The position numbers were made by a program, and so were the translations under genes. Shown here piece after piece: positions 1 to 10,728 of a stretch of 64,000 nucleotides of DNA; position 1 is the first letter of the stretch; each line of letters begins with the position of its first letter. A model generated the notes under the pieces. The model was not told where the DNA came from. It did no database searches and saw nothing but the letters and a program-made list of their open reading frames with translations. The DNA lies in NCBI GenBank assembly GCA_000965745.1, contig CP009479.1:832001-896000 (forward strand), read 5' to 3'. Source of the DNA: an uncultured archaeon (GTDB lineage Archaea > Thermoplasmatota > Thermoplasmata > Thermoplasmatales > Thermoplasmataceae).

Positions 1-195
1 GTCGTTTACTGCGGCATACCCGTTTGCTGATATTGCAGTAACATCATAGAGTGAATCAACTGATTCCTTGTTCAGGGTCTCTATATCTTTTACGACCTGA
101 TCGTAATCAAAGTTGCATTTGATCTTCCCCTCGAACATTGCGTAAAACATGAATGAATCGTCTGGATCCGGAGTATGGGCGACTACTAGCTTCAT
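1..195 (-). CDS. mqnD: MqnA/MqnD family menaquinone biosynthesis protein (5' part only; runs off window)
   Basis: Manual translation MKLVVAHTPDPDDSFMFYAMFEGKI...DIETLN...YDVTAIS matches the MqnD N-terminal signature; not in ORF track. Confidence 0.75.
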   Translation of the reverse strand, partial: MKLVVAHTPDPDDSFMFYAMFEGKIKCNFDYDQVVKDIETLNKESVDSLYDVTAISANGYAAVND

Positions 196-319
196 CGACA
201 CTCTATCTTCACATGCTACAAAATGGTTTCACATTAATCTTTCAGTGTGTGAAAGGCTACCGAAATTCCAGACATTTTTATAATCCTGTGTGATGCTATT
301 CCTCTCTTTCGGTGATTCT

Positions 320-1255
320 ATGGAGAGAATTGTTGTAGCTCTTGGAGGAAACGCACTGCTCCACAAAGGAGATCCGTTTTCGTTTGAAATCCAGCTTGAC
401 CGCGCTACCCAGGCCTTTGAGAACCTTTACAGGCTTATATCTGAGAATGAAGTAGTGATAACCCATGGAAACGGACCGCAGGTAGGAAATATTCTTCTCC
501 AGAACGAATATTCGTCCAAGGTTGCCAACCCAATGCCCCTTCATAGCTGTGGATCTATGTCCCAGGGGCTGATAGGGGAGGTGCTCACTCTCGCATATGA
601 CAGGGTGAAGTTTGCAAGGGGAGTATCCAAGGAAATGGCCATGATACTGACACGGTCAGTTGTGAATGAGGCTGATCCGGCGTTTAAGAACCCATCAAAG
701 CCTGTTGGGTCATTCTACACAGAGGCAGAAGCCTCAAGGATGAAGGAAGAGCGTGGATGGGCCGTCAGGGAAGAGCAGGGAAAGGGATGGAGAAGGATAG
801 TTCCATCACCGGTTCCTGTTGACATACTCGAAAAATCAGCTATACTCGCACTGCTTGCAGACGGTTTCCTGCCTGTCTGCACCGGAGGTGGTGGCATCCC
901 GGTTGTCAGGCATGAAACATCGTACTTTGGGGCTGATGCAGTGATCGACAAGGATCTTGCGTCATCTGTACTGGCCACAATAATAGGGGCAGGATCACTC
1001 ATGATCCTCACCGACGTGGATGGTGCGTATCTGAATTACGGAAGCCCTGATCAACAGCACATTGGAAAGGTTAAATTGTCGGAGCTGAAGGAATTCAGGG
1101 GCCGCGGGGAATTTTCCAGCGGAAGCATGGGCCCTAAGATAGACGCGGTTATCAGATTTGTCGAAAAAGGGGGTAAAAGAGCCCTGATAACATCACTGGA
1201 AAATGCCCATCAGGGAATGAAGGGGCAAAGTGGTACAATAGTTGTTCCAGATTGA
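320..1255 (+). CDS. arcC: Carbamate kinase
   Basis: VVALGGNAL, THGNGPQVG, GGGGIPV, DKDLAS and GSMGPK motifs; start moved to ATG 320 behind a GGTGA SD. Confidence 0.95.
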   Translation: MERIVVALGGNALLHKGDPFSFEIQLDRATQAFENLYRLISENEVVITHGNGPQVGNILLQNEYSSKVANPMPLHSCGSMSQGLIGEVLTLAYDRVKFARGVSKEMAMILTRSVVNEADPAFKNPSKPVGSFYTEAEASRMKEERGWAVREEQGKGWRRIVPSPVPVDILEKSAILALLADGFLPVCTGGGGIPVVRHETSYFGADAVIDKDLASSVLATIIGAGSLMILTDVDGAYLNYGSPDQQHIGKVKLSELKEFRGRGEFSSGSMGPKIDAVIRFVEKGGKRALITSLENAHQGMKGQSGTIVVPD

Positions 1256-1257
1256 AT

Positions 1258-1905
1258 TCAGGTCTGCCTTGCCCACTTGCCATTCATAAGAGTTACCTTG
1301 TCAACCTTCTGAAACTCTTCCATCAGCCCTTGGAGATTTATCCCATTGGTATTCAGCTGGTAATCAGTTTCCAGTGTCGTTTTCAACTCATTGGTATCCA
1401 TCGGCTTGACAAGTGATCGGCCTACCAGGTTGTCAAGGTCCTCATATATGTTCCAGGGAAAGATAAACCAGGTCCATGCCTTTTCCTCAATCGCCTCGGC
1501 ATAGTAGTCAGGCAAAAATCCTGATCTTGTGATATGGAGCATTGTTGCAGTCTTGAGAGATTCAGGTTTGAGGGACTTGACATGTTCTGAAGCTATTCTA
1601 AGGCTCTCTCCTGTATCGGTGATATCATCAACTACGAGCACTCTCTTTCCTTCAAGGGTCCCGTTGAGACTGTCCTTCAGGGTTGCTTCGCCGTCTTTTG
1701 TTGCGGTTATTCCCCAATGCTCTGTCTTGACTGAAAGCAAATCCTTGATCCACATCCTGTCTGAAAGAATTCTTGCAGGAACAAGACCACCTCTGGCAAT
1801 TCCAATAATTGTATCGGGAACGTAATCTTCCATGACCTTGTGCCTGATCCTGTCACACCAGTTCTCTATGTCCGTCCAACTGACAATCTTTGCTCTGAAT
1901 TGCAT
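1258..1905 (-). CDS. Type I (purine) phosphoribosyltransferase
   Basis: IARGG and VLVVDDITDTGES PRPP-binding motif. Confidence 0.9.
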   Translation of the reverse strand: MQFRAKIVSWTDIENWCDRIRHKVMEDYVPDTIIGIARGGLVPARILSDRMWIKDLLSVKTEHWGITATKDGEATLKDSLNGTLEGKRVLVVDDITDTGESLRIASEHVKSLKPESLKTATMLHITRSGFLPDYYAEAIEEKAWTWFIFPWNIYEDLDNLVGRSLVKPMDTNELKTTLETDYQLNTNGINLQGLMEEFQKVDKVTLMNGKWARQT

Positions 1906-1988
1906 TATTTTACCGGTGACTTATGTTGTTACAAGTCTTAATCATTTCGCAGGTAGCAAAAGTGAACTCTCTCAGGCAAAGCAGGTCA

Positions 1989-2642
1989 CTACTGCTTTTC
2001 CCACGAAAGATCATCCTTGAGCTTCCAGAGGTACAAAGAAGCGACTGAGCAATACGGATGCCAATTCTCCGAAATTCTTTCTATCGTTTCACGGTCCGGC
2101 TTGTCCTTGAGATGGTATATTGTTCTTATCGAGTTGATCACTCCAAGGTCTTCATGCGGGAGGACATCTGTTCTGCCAAGCGAAAAAATTAGGACCATCT
2201 TAGCGGTCCATGTCCCAACTCCTTTAATTCTAACCAGCTGGCTTATTATCTCCTCATCCGTCATTCTGTTAAAGTGGTTGGAGCTTATCGAGCCATCAAG
2301 AATACACTCAGCAACATTCCTTATGTAAGATATCTTCTGCTTCGAAATTCCGCAGGATCTAACTTCATCATCATTGAGCCCAAGGAGGGCATATGGCGTG
2401 ACATATCCACCTGGAAAGAGGGACACAAATCGCTTAATTATTGAGTCTGCCGCTTTAGGGGTGAGTTGCTGGGAAAGAACTGATTCCACCAGGCTGAAGA
2501 AAAGGTCCTCATTGGGCGAGAATTCAAGCACTCCAAGCTTTTCAATTATCTTACCAAGCCTTTCATCCACCTCCGATAGATGTTTGGCAGCTTTCTGGAA
2601 AACACTGTTTAGCTTGAGTGAAAGAGGCGAGTTGAATGACAT
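1989..2642 (-). CDS. alkA: DNA-3-methyladenine glycosylase II (HhH-GPD)
   Basis: SVLSQQL, IKGVGTWTA HhH, DVLPHEDLG, WHPYCSVASLYLW. Confidence 0.9.
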   Translation of the reverse strand: MSFNSPLSLKLNSVFQKAAKHLSEVDERLGKIIEKLGVLEFSPNEDLFFSLVESVLSQQLTPKAADSIIKRFVSLFPGGYVTPYALLGLNDDEVRSCGISKQKISYIRNVAECILDGSISSNHFNRMTDEEIISQLVRIKGVGTWTAKMVLIFSLGRTDVLPHEDLGVINSIRTIYHLKDKPDRETIERISENWHPYCSVASLYLWKLKDDLSWEKQ

Positions 2643-2793
2643 GCTTTCACTTGATGCGTATCAGAAATTTATCTTTGACGCGAAAACGTGACTCTTCATT
2701 TTTATGGCGACCTGGCAGCCAAACTAATTCTGGAACGCAATTTTCAACCATTCTCTGCGAAACCTTTATTACTGCTGTACGGGTATACTTCCC

Positions 2794-3624
2794 ATGACGG
2801 GATTGGACATTTTTCTTATCGTTATTCTTGTCATTGTATTGTTGATTCTTATTTCCGGAATACACATTCTCCGGGAATGGGAACGGGCTCCAGTTTTGAC
2901 ACTGGGGAGGTTTTCCGGCCTAAAGGGCCCAGGAGTAGTCTATGTCTGGCCTATTATCTCAAAGATGCCTCTGAAACTCAGCACAAGAATTCAGGCGGTC
3001 TCATTCAAGACAGAGGCAACATTTACACAGGATAACGTACCACTGAATGCGGACGCTGTGATGTACTTTCAGGTGATAGACCCTCAGAAGGCTTTCCTTA
3101 ACATAGAGAATTATGTTACGGGAACAAACCTCTCTGCTCAGACAACGCTCAGAGAAGTGCTTGGAAAATCAACATTCGATGAGGTGCTTTCCGAAAGGGA
3201 GAAGATCGGTGAAGCTGCAAGGGAGATTATCGACGAAAAGACAGAGCACTGGGGCGTTAAAGTTTCATCAGTCGAAATCAGGGATGTAATAGTGCCATCA
3301 CAGCTGCAGGAAGCAATGTCGAGGCAGGCATCAGCTGAAAGGGAGAGGAGATCCCGTGTAACCTTGGCTATAGCTGAGGTAGAGGCTGCTCAGAAAATGG
3401 TTGATGCAGCCAACCAGTACAAGGACAATCCTATTGCATTCCAGTTGAGATGGATGAACATACTCTATGAAATCGGCCTTGAAGGAAAAGGTACTCTGAT
3501 GATGATACCAGCCCATACACCTGAAGTCGGTGCAATGGAACCCCTCGCGCAACTTGGCCTCCAGGGAATTACCGACAGGTCAAAACTCAAGGGCGGCGAT
3601 TCAGGCTCTTCGCAACAGAAATAA
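2794..3624 (+). CDS. SPFH/Band 7 (stomatin-like) membrane protein
   Basis: N-terminal TM; TQDNV, AQTTLREVLG, WGVKVSSVEIRDV, QASAERERR. Confidence 0.92.
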   Translation: MTGLDIFLIVILVIVLLILISGIHILREWERAPVLTLGRFSGLKGPGVVYVWPIISKMPLKLSTRIQAVSFKTEATFTQDNVPLNADAVMYFQVIDPQKAFLNIENYVTGTNLSAQTTLREVLGKSTFDEVLSEREKIGEAAREIIDEKTEHWGVKVSSVEIRDVIVPSQLQEAMSRQASAERERRSRVTLAIAEVEAAQKMVDAANQYKDNPIAFQLRWMNILYEIGLEGKGTLMMIPAHTPEVGAMEPLAQLGLQGITDRSKLKGGDSGSSQQK

Positions 3625-4336
3625 AGTCATCAAGAGTTAGCTCCCCAGGGCGTTTTTCTTTTAACCCTTCGGGGCACTCCTTTATCACTGTGCCAACCAT
3701 TTTTCTTCTATTTGAAAAGAGTTTTACTAGGATATCATCGAGAAGTTTCGGTTCGATTCCAAGCTCAACTCTCTTTGGCTTTAGAATTATGACAGCTGAG
3801 TCAACTTTTGGAACCGGATTGAAGTCGTCCCTGCTGACTATGCGGACAATCTTCGTATCAAAGCGGTAAGAGCAGTTTACGGACAGCCTTGAATATCCCT
3901 CTTGCCCGGGCAAGGCTATCATTCTCTCGGCAAAGTCTTTCTGAACCATTAGCACAGCGTGCTCAAATTCGAACCTGGAAAGGCTGAAAATAATGTCCGA
4001 GGAAATGTGGTACGGTATATTCCCTATGATTCGGTCGTATTTTCCGGGCTCGATATCAAGAAAACTTCTTTTTATTATCCTGAGTCTGCCAATTTCCAGG
4101 TATTTGCTGAACCTTTGGCTCAGAAACTCGACAAATCTTCCGTCAGGCTCAACACAATCCAGATTAACATCCTTCTCAAGGAGGAGTTCCGTCAGAACAC
4201 CTTCGCCCCCACCTATCTCCAGGACCCTGCAGTCCGGAAAAACATCAAGTGATCTGACTTCAAATTCTGCAATACTTACATTCTTGAGAAGAACCTGGCC
4301 AAATCTCTTTGAAAAAAGTCTGCGGTCAGTCTTCAT
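3587..4336 (-). CDS. ksgA: 16S rRNA dimethyladenosine transferase
   Basis: FGQ, VLEIGGGEG, GNIPYHIS, MVQKDFAER, PVPKVDSAV. Confidence 0.93.
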   Translation of the reverse strand: MKTDRRLFSKRFGQVLLKNVSIAEFEVRSLDVFPDCRVLEIGGGEGVLTELLLEKDVNLDCVEPDGRFVEFLSQRFSKYLEIGRLRIIKRSFLDIEPGKYDRIIGNIPYHISSDIIFSLSRFEFEHAVLMVQKDFAERMIALPGQEGYSRLSVNCSYRFDTKIVRIVSRDDFNPVPKVDSAVIILKPKRVELGIEPKLLDDILVKLFSNRRKMVGTVIKECPEGLKEKRPGELTLDDFISVAKSLNRRP

Positions 4337-4881
4337 TTCGCTACGAAGAGTTTGTGTTTCTCGGACCGATCTTCCAGTTCCTCAACGATTCTCCCGGATA
4401 TCATCCTGAGTGGGTTGTGTACAGTCTTGACCCTTTCAGTAAGTTCCCCGAATGAATCAAAAAGCTTCTTCTTCCTCTCGTCCACAATATTCCACATGGT
4501 CTTATTTCCCAATCCCGGGAGAAGCTCTAGGCTGTGAAGTCTGGCATTGATTGGCTGAGCATCATTGAAAAAACCCACGAATCTTGCCTCATTTTCCTTT
4601 ATGATGTTCTCAAGAACGTAGGGCAGTTCATTCATTGCTGCGTTTGTAAGTTCCCTGTATGCAATCCTTCTTTTGACCGAGAGTACCTTTTCCCTCATCT
4701 CGGGACTCTTGCCAATGTATATTCTTTCTCCTACTGCGACAACAACATTGCTTTTTGGGATTACCTCCAGGAGCTTGAACTCAACTTCCCCTACAACTAT
4801 CATTAGCGGGGTCTTTTTGTAAACCTTGTCCTCAGTCCTTCCCTGGGGCAGGTAGTCTAACACATAGGCGTACTCTTCCAA
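4333..4881 (-). CDS. DUF655 family nucleic-acid-binding protein
   Basis: EEYAYVLDYL, RLHSLELLPGLG; conserved rpl21e-rpoF-DUF655-ksgA order. Confidence 0.88.
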   Translation of the reverse strand: MEEYAYVLDYLPQGRTEDKVYKKTPLMIVVGEVEFKLLEVIPKSNVVVAVGERIYIGKSPEMREKVLSVKRRIAYRELTNAAMNELPYVLENIIKENEARFVGFFNDAQPINARLHSLELLPGLGNKTMWNIVDERKKKLFDSFGELTERVKTVHNPLRMISGRIVEELEDRSEKHKLFVAK

Positions 4882-4904
4882 AATTATTAACCTCTTTATA
4901 TAAA

Positions 4905-5210
4905 TTAGTCGCTTGTAAAATAATCTATCAGGTTATTTAAATCTTTTTCAGAAAGCATAAGGTTGTACGACGAAAGTATTGCTGTCATTTCTTCTTTGGT
5001 TTTTGGTTTGAGATCTATAAGTTTTATCGCTGCATTTATTGGTAAATCTGCAACTGCCTCAACTTCCTCCATTACTTTTGCAATGCTCTTGCGGCCATAT
5101 CTGTTAAGCAGTTCCGTGTACTGGAGGTTTTCCTTCTCTATCTCGTTGGGTTCCTCCTTTTCGGAAAGAATCTTGAAAGCTTCGGCAACAGTGATGAATT
5201 TTCTTTTCAT
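4905..5210 (-). CDS. rpoF: RNA polymerase subunit Rpo4 (F)
   Basis: Size, AIKLIDLKP motif, position between rpl21e and DUF655. Confidence 0.85.
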   Translation of the reverse strand: MKRKFITVAEAFKILSEKEEPNEIEKENLQYTELLNRYGRKSIAKVMEEVEAVADLPINAAIKLIDLKPKTKEEMTAILSSYNLMLSEKDLNNLIDYFTSD

Positions 5211-5509
5211 TATTTACCTTCTATCCTTTTCAAGTGCACGGGGGCAGAAAGAATATTCTTGGTTACCCCTCCCACCTTCACTGTAACCAAATAGCAATTT
5301 CCTTGCATTCTGGAGATTCTTCCAGTGTATCCCTGAAAAGAGTGGTGAGGCATGCCATCATGTACTGACGGTTCTATATCTATCGCTGCCAATTCTCCAA
5401 CTTCGAATTTCTGCATTAATCTGTTAACCGAAGGCATGCCCTTTTCCTTGATTGATTTGGTCATTTTCTTTCTTGACCCTGATCTTGGGCCGTGTGACAT
5501 TCTGGCCAT
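5210..5509 (-). CDS. rpl21e: 50S ribosomal protein L21e
   Basis: [29 protein letters not shown]. Confidence 0.96.
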   Translation of the reverse strand: MARMSHGPRSGSRKKMTKSIKEKGMPSVNRLMQKFEVGELAAIDIEPSVHDGMPHHSFQGYTGRISRMQGNCYLVTVKVGGVTKNILSAPVHLKRIEGK

Positions 5510-5511
5510 AG

Positions 5512-6681
5512 TTATTTACCTCTGTTGATTTCAACGACATCGAGCTCAGCAACCGCCAAACTCTCACCATACTCTGAGGAGAGGCTCGGATTTGTTCTCT
5601 GGTTGTCGCCATTTACTAGTTCCTTGATATACATACCAGACTCGGCCTTTAAGAGTAGTGTTGCAGTTTTTCCCGTTACCTGTTCAATGGCTGACTCTCT
5701 TATCGATCTCTCTCTTATAAGATCTGCTCTCCTGACAGCCACTCTTAATGGCGTTCTCTGATAAATAACTTTTCCCGTGATATTCTGTAAAGCCGTTTGA
5801 AGGCGTTCTCCATCGAGATCATTGCCTGAATGGACAACAACTCTGTATGTCTTGTCAAAAGTTGTGCTCTTTACCTCCTTGACTCTATCCTTTGAACAAA
5901 ATTCAAGTCCTCTTACAGAAACACCACTCCCAGCCATGTTGATGGTTTTTTCGAGGGCTCCCAAGTTCAGGTCCCTCTTCTTCGGCCTCGAAATCTCAAG
6001 GACAAAATCCCTCCCTTCTCCTAACATTCTTACATCCACATCTTCCCGTCCTGCCGCATGAAGAAAGAAATTCTCTCCATGGGATGCTTCTGAAACGGGC
6101 TCTCCAATGTAATATTCTACTGATTCATTGTTTTCAGGCTTGTGAATCCACCTTGTCTGGGGAAGGTCTCTCCTGAATTTGTTGTACCTGCCGCATATGT
6201 ATATGCTCCGTATGTCTGTTTTGGCAAAGTCATACCTGGTATCCACAATCACGGTCAGGTCCGGTTCACTGAAGCTAACTTCCTTTCCAGTGATTTCAGA
6301 GAAGTGCTTGCCAAACTCCCTGTTGAATTCTTTCTTTATGCTTTCTCCTCTGGACCCGAATATTGATTGAATTTCTTCCTCTCTTATAATTACGGATTTT
6401 TCAAATACAGACCCGATGAGAAATGAGTTGTATTCAACCCCTTCAATCTCATCCATCACTATGCTCATGTATTTTTCAAACTCGTCAAACACTCCATTGC
6501 AAAGAGGGCACTCATTGCTGTCCGTTATTGATAACGTCGCTTCCGGATGAAGCGATTTTATTGTAAAAAGTAACATCTGCCCCCGCTGAACATTGTCAAG
6601 GGACTCGCCAACGGAGGCAAAAACCCGTCCAAGACACCTTGTGCAGATACCCAGATCAGATAATGCGATTAGATCAGGCAT
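5512..6681 (-). CDS. pus10: tRNA pseudouridine(54/55) synthase Pus10
   Basis: CxxC..CxxC zinc site, [12 protein letters not shown] catalytic motif, GMYIKEL; start moved to ATG 6681. Confidence 0.93.
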   Translation of the reverse strand: MPDLIALSDLGICTRCLGRVFASVGESLDNVQRGQMLLFTIKSLHPEATLSITDSNECPLCNGVFDEFEKYMSIVMDEIEGVEYNSFLIGSVFEKSVIIREEEIQSIFGSRGESIKKEFNREFGKHFSEITGKEVSFSEPDLTVIVDTRYDFAKTDIRSIYICGRYNKFRRDLPQTRWIHKPENNESVEYYIGEPVSEASHGENFFLHAAGREDVDVRMLGEGRDFVLEISRPKKRDLNLGALEKTINMAGSGVSVRGLEFCSKDRVKEVKSTTFDKTYRVVVHSGNDLDGERLQTALQNITGKVIYQRTPLRVAVRRADLIRERSIRESAIEQVTGKTATLLLKAESGMYIKELVNGDNQRTNPSLSSEYGESLAVAELDVVEINRGK

Positions 6682-6685
6682 CTGA

Positions 6686-6817
6686 CTATCTTGCAACGAC
6701 GTCCTTTGTTATGTTTGGCCTCTCTTTAACAAATACCCTGGATCCGCATTCACACTCAATCTCTGCAGTACCGAATGACTTCTCCAGCGGTCTCTTGCAT
6801 CTGATACACTTATACAT
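6686..6817 (-). CDS. rpoP: RNA polymerase subunit Rpo12 (P)
   Basis: Manual translation [43 protein letters not shown] (43 aa, below ORF-track cutoff), directly after rpl37ae. Confidence 0.92.
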   Translation of the reverse strand: MYKCIRCKRPLEKSFGTAEIECECGSRVFVKERPNITKDVVAR

Positions 6818-7067
6818 CCTTGTGCATCTCCTCAATTATTTTCTGCGAGTATTCAGGCGTATAAGAACCACCAGCGAATTTGTAGTCGCAGTGCCTGCAC
6901 TGCCATATTCCCGATGCTATTCTCCTGACCTTTTTCTGTTTGCATGAAGGGCAAACATACTTCGCAGTCTTGAGTTTGTATATCTCGTTCCAGGCCTTCC
7001 TTACAGTAACACCGTATCTGGGACCGAATCTCCCTGCGGCGCCAACCTTTACAGTTCTTCTTGCCAT
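6810..7067 (-). CDS. rpl37ae: 50S ribosomal protein L37ae
   Basis: [25 protein letters not shown]. Confidence 0.96.
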   Translation of the reverse strand: MARRTVKVGAAGRFGPRYGVTVRKAWNEIYKLKTAKYVCPSCKQKKVRRIASGIWQCRHCDYKFAGGSYTPEYSQKIIEEMHKDV

Positions 7068-7072
7068 GGTGA

Positions 7073-7855
7073 TCACTTGAAGTATTTATCTCGAAGTTGT
7101 GCACCGATATTGCTGGACAACTTTATAGCTTTTCGGATATCTTCAAGGTCTAGGGATCCTGTGTCACCTTTCTGCATAGCTCTTATGTGGCCATCCTCCG
7201 TGGTGGATACTGTAAGCCTGACTGATCCGAGCTGTTCTTCTTCAAGATCGGGATCACAAACAAGCTCATCGCCTATCTTTACCATGGTAACGGCCACCGG
7301 AGTGTTCTTTACAGGGAGGGGAAAGTCCTTTCCGCCTTCTTTTGATGCGGGAACAATGGCACTCCTGAGTGCTGCAAGTGCTCCGTACGAACAGGCGTCT
7401 ATCAGGTTGCCGTCAAAATCGATAACATCTATGTCGATGAAGACTATCCAAACCTTCTTTCCAGCTTCTATCACTAGATTTTCTACGTCTAACATCTTGC
7501 TTTCTCTGATCCCTCTGTCTACAACTCTGGCAATCTCTATTGAGGTCTCGTTTGGAGGTCCTGCTTCAAAAGTCGGGAACGCCATTGGAAGGAGCTCGAC
7601 ATTGGTAGTCATTACTCCCTTGTTCGGGGTGTCCGGGAATGGCTCCCCTGTTTCAATTTTTACACCTGCAAGTATTCTTGTCTTCCCGAGCTGGACAAGG
7701 GCTGACCCTTGGGCCCTCGGCACATATCCGGTCTGTATACTGAGTTCTCTGCATTCATCCGGCTTTCTTCCGTCGGCCCTTACTCCTTCCTTAAGTTTGC
7801 TGACTATGTAACTTCTTTTGATTTCAGAAAGTATTCCTGCTGCGTCTTTCGGCAT
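7073..7855 (-). CDS. rrp42: Exosome subunit Rrp42
   Basis: RNase PH fold, [18 protein letters not shown]. Confidence 0.95.
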   Translation of the reverse strand: MPKDAAGILSEIKRSYIVSKLKEGVRADGRKPDECRELSIQTGYVPRAQGSALVQLGKTRILAGVKIETGEPFPDTPNKGVMTTNVELLPMAFPTFEAGPPNETSIEIARVVDRGIRESKMLDVENLVIEAGKKVWIVFIDIDVIDFDGNLIDACSYGALAALRSAIVPASKEGGKDFPLPVKNTPVAVTMVKIGDELVCDPDLEEEQLGSVRLTVSTTEDGHIRAMQKGDTGSLDLEDIRKAIKLSSNIGAQLRDKYFK

Positions 7856-8605
7856 TTATTCACCACCTTCCTCTATTTCAGCAACAAAACGTGTAGACAG
7901 AGCCTCTCTCTGAATCTCGTTGATCCTCTTTGTTGCAGTAAGGATCATCTCGGTGGCCTGATCGAACTCCTCGACCGAAAGGTCTCCGTCCATCTGGAGC
8001 AGGACAACCTTGCCTGACTTTGAGAGTACTGCCATAGGAAGGTCGGCTTGCCCGAAGTTGTCTTCTTCCTTTGAAAGGTCCAGGACTACTTTTCCTTCAA
8101 CTTTCCCCGCGGTGCAGCCGACAACAAAATCCTTCATCGGTATCCCGGCAGAAGCCACAGCAACAGTCGCCGCTGTAAGCCCGGCTATTCTCGTTCCTGC
8201 GTCAGCCTGAAGAACCTCAATGAAAACATCTATCTGAGTTCTTGGAAACTGCTCGACCATTATCGCTTGATCCAGTGCTTCCGATATGACCTTGGAGATC
8301 TCGATTGACCTTCTGTCAGGACCCGGCCTCTTTCTCTCGTCGACTGAGAATGCAGCCATGTTGTACCTGGCTTTCACGATAGCCTTGTTTATGTTCTGCG
8401 TGTGCTTCGGGTATGCTTCTCTAGGGCCGTACACCGCCACAAGTATCTTGTTGCCGCCCCACTCTATATATGCGGACCCGTCTGCTCTGTTCAGAACTCC
8501 AGTCTCAATCTTGATCGGCCTCAGCTCTTCATTAGTTCTGCCATCAAGCCTGCGGCCGTCTTTCGTCAATAATTTAATATCACTCGCTGTTCCCAATATT
8601 ATCAC
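7856..8605 (-). CDS. rrp41: Exosome subunit Rrp41
   Basis: RLDGR, ADGSAYIE, VYGPRE, QADAGTR; exact start uncertain. Confidence 0.95.
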   Translation of the reverse strand: MIILGTASDIKLLTKDGRRLDGRTNEELRPIKIETGVLNRADGSAYIEWGGNKILVAVYGPREAYPKHTQNINKAIVKARYNMAAFSVDERKRPGPDRRSIEISKVISEALDQAIMVEQFPRTQIDVFIEVLQADAGTRIAGLTAATVAVASAGIPMKDFVVGCTAGKVEGKVVLDLSKEEDNFGQADLPMAVLSKSGKVVLLQMDGDLSVEEFDQATEMILTATKRINEIQREALSTRFVAEIEEGGE

Positions 8606-9269
8606 CTACTTTTGTCTTTAAATACTCATCCACTCTATCTGTTAGACCCACTGTGTGGGCTTCTTTCTCTACCATTTTAATAGCCGAAATGGCTATCATA
8701 ACATTTTCTGGGGTGCCGTCAACCCATATGAGCCCGTTCTGACCCACTATTATCCTGGTCTGGGTTGCATCCTTTATCATATTAACCATCGATCCGCCTT
8801 TTCCAATTATTCTTGGAACCTTTGGAGCAGAAATTCCCGTGATATGCCCCCCTTCCAGTTTTCTCAGGCCCACGTCCTTGAGTGTTACCCAGCTCTCCTT
8901 GATCTCGTTCAGGGACATGACCTTTGCATATACGTAATCTCCAAGGTTCAGATACCTCTGCAGGTCTCCTGACTGTGTCCTCCACGGAGTATCATTCATG
9001 TGAAGCAATGAATGGTACGATGAATTTAGATCAATTGTCCACATGGAGGGCCCTATTTCGATTACCTTCCCTATTACCTTGTCGCCTTTTCTAGGAAAAT
9101 ACGGTCCAGAAAAAGGAACTACGTCTACATACTGGTCGCCCTTCTGTACGACACCAAAATACTCTGAACAGTATTTATCGTCGGCACACTTATAGACCCC
9201 GTTTCTGGGCTTCAAGCCCTCAGGTTCTATTGAATCTCCGGGCATTATAATTTGCCTTATCTTACTCAT
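8580..9269 (-). CDS. rrp4: Exosome RNA-binding subunit Rrp4
   Basis: S1 plus KH (PRIIGKGGSM, VGQNGLIWV). Confidence 0.95.
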   Translation of the reverse strand: MSKIRQIIMPGDSIEPEGLKPRNGVYKCADDKYCSEYFGVVQKGDQYVDVVPFSGPYFPRKGDKVIGKVIEIGPSMWTIDLNSSYHSLLHMNDTPWRTQSGDLQRYLNLGDYVYAKVMSLNEIKESWVTLKDVGLRKLEGGHITGISAPKVPRIIGKGGSMVNMIKDATQTRIIVGQNGLIWVDGTPENVMIAISAIKMVEKEAHTVGLTDRVDEYLKTKVGDNIGNSE

Positions 9270-9556
9270 TGAATCACCTTGAAGCTAAGAAGAAAAATCA
9301 AGGCAAGGACCGGTTAAGCCCTTTTCAAAGTGAAACCCTATAACATTAGGCTTCAGCAAATACCTATACCATACAGGCCGGAAACCAAAATTACCGGAAA
9401 CGCTCACCTGATTGTCTCTCTTCACTTCCACTCTTTGCTGAACAGATAATTATTAAATATATAATGATTCCCTGCGACTAATCAGATCGTACAAATGCAC
9501 CGGGCTGGAACTGGATCTCAGATTTCAAGACTGTGGGTGAAAGACTGAATTGAACC

Positions 9557-10264
9557 TCATATCTTGCTTCTGTCCTTCAGAATTTTTATCTCGGCCCCGT
9601 CCTTTGCCTTTCTTGTTATGGAATCCATTATTTCGCCTTGCATTCCGGAAGGGATTTCGAGGAGACCTACCCAGGAACCGTCACTGCCCCATTCTTCCTT
9701 GATTATGTAACCACTCTTAGCAAGGTCCCCATATACTTTTCCGTAAGCCTCTCCAATAAGCTTTACCGCCATCTTTGTTTTTTCAAACCTGATAGGTATT
9801 ATGGGCCTGAGTGCTTTCAGAACCATATCTACCTGTTCATTGGCGGTTTTGAATGGGTCCACGTGAACCTTGGCGTCCTCCATCGCCTGAGAAATCCTGG
9901 CAGGGGGGTGTGGGGCGTTAGTCTGGGGATTAATGCTCTCCCTTGAGATTATTTCCACTATCTGTTTCCTCCTTTTCTCGTACATGGCACGCCTCTGGTC
10001 AGTCGTAAGCTGAATCTGCCCCTTCTTCACAATCTCGGTGGCAACGGCAGAAATGTCTGTGGTGCCAAATACTTCTTTAATGGCATCGTCCCCAATTTTC
10101 TCGCCCTTTCTGGCATCTTTGAAAACCTGCTCTAGTGCGAGATCATTTTCAACGTCAATTTTGCCTGCCCTTATTCTATCCGTTGAATCCGGGTCGACGA
10201 GAATCTCGAACTTGTGACCGTGTGACTCCAGTCGGGCAACGATGGAATCCTCTACTCTGACCAT
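9557..10264 (-). CDS. Ribosome maturation factor SBDS/SDO1
   Basis: GHKFEILV, IQLTTDQRR, NPQTNAPHPPARI. Confidence 0.95.
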   Translation of the reverse strand: MVRVEDSIVARLESHGHKFEILVDPDSTDRIRAGKIDVENDLALEQVFKDARKGEKIGDDAIKEVFGTTDISAVATEIVKKGQIQLTTDQRRAMYEKRRKQIVEIISRESINPQTNAPHPPARISQAMEDAKVHVDPFKTANEQVDMVLKALRPIIPIRFEKTKMAVKLIGEAYGKVYGDLAKSGYIIKEEWGSDGSWVGLLEIPSGMQGEIMDSITRKAKDGAEIKILKDRSKI

Positions 10265-10300
10265 ACTCTATAATCAGGTATAAAAATAAAAACAATTTCA

Positions 10301-10582
10301 TTACTCCTTCTCGCTTGTCCCTTCGACTCTCGAGATGGGATGTTTACGCCGGTACCATTTCCTGAGTGCAAACAATGCCCACACTCCCTCAATTATCCCA
10401 AAGGGCCATGTACCAGACAACCAACCGTAAATGGAGGCTCCGAAGGAGGATATGCCAAAAATGAATGTGTATACCGTTCCCCTCTCCTCAGCAACATATG
10501 AAACCATCATCACAGTAACAGCCGCGGCACCGAATGCGTTGAGTGTACTTAGAAAAACCATGAATCTGAAAACGGTATTCAC
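10301..10582 (-). CDS. Small hypothetical membrane protein
   Basis: Three hydrophobic segments, GTWPFGIIEGVW; start uncertain. Confidence 0.6.
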   Translation of the reverse strand: MNTVFRFMVFLSTLNAFGAAAVTVMMVSYVAEERGTVYTFIFGISSFGASIYGWLSGTWPFGIIEGVWALFALRKWYRRKHPISRVEGTSEKE

Positions 10583-10728
10583 AAAAAAATTGTCGTTTGG
10601 ACAGAAGATAACCTGCAGTTCTAAAGCTTTACATCAGTATAATATTCAAGATACTTTTATTCAAAAATACTGTATAAAATAAAAAAAATTAACTACTCAA
10701 GAAGAAATGGAAAGATTGTTACCCGATC

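Noticed and set aside
7077-7811. Long antisense ORFs such as 7077-7811 (+)
   Set aside because: Shadow frames of well-supported genes on the opposite strand
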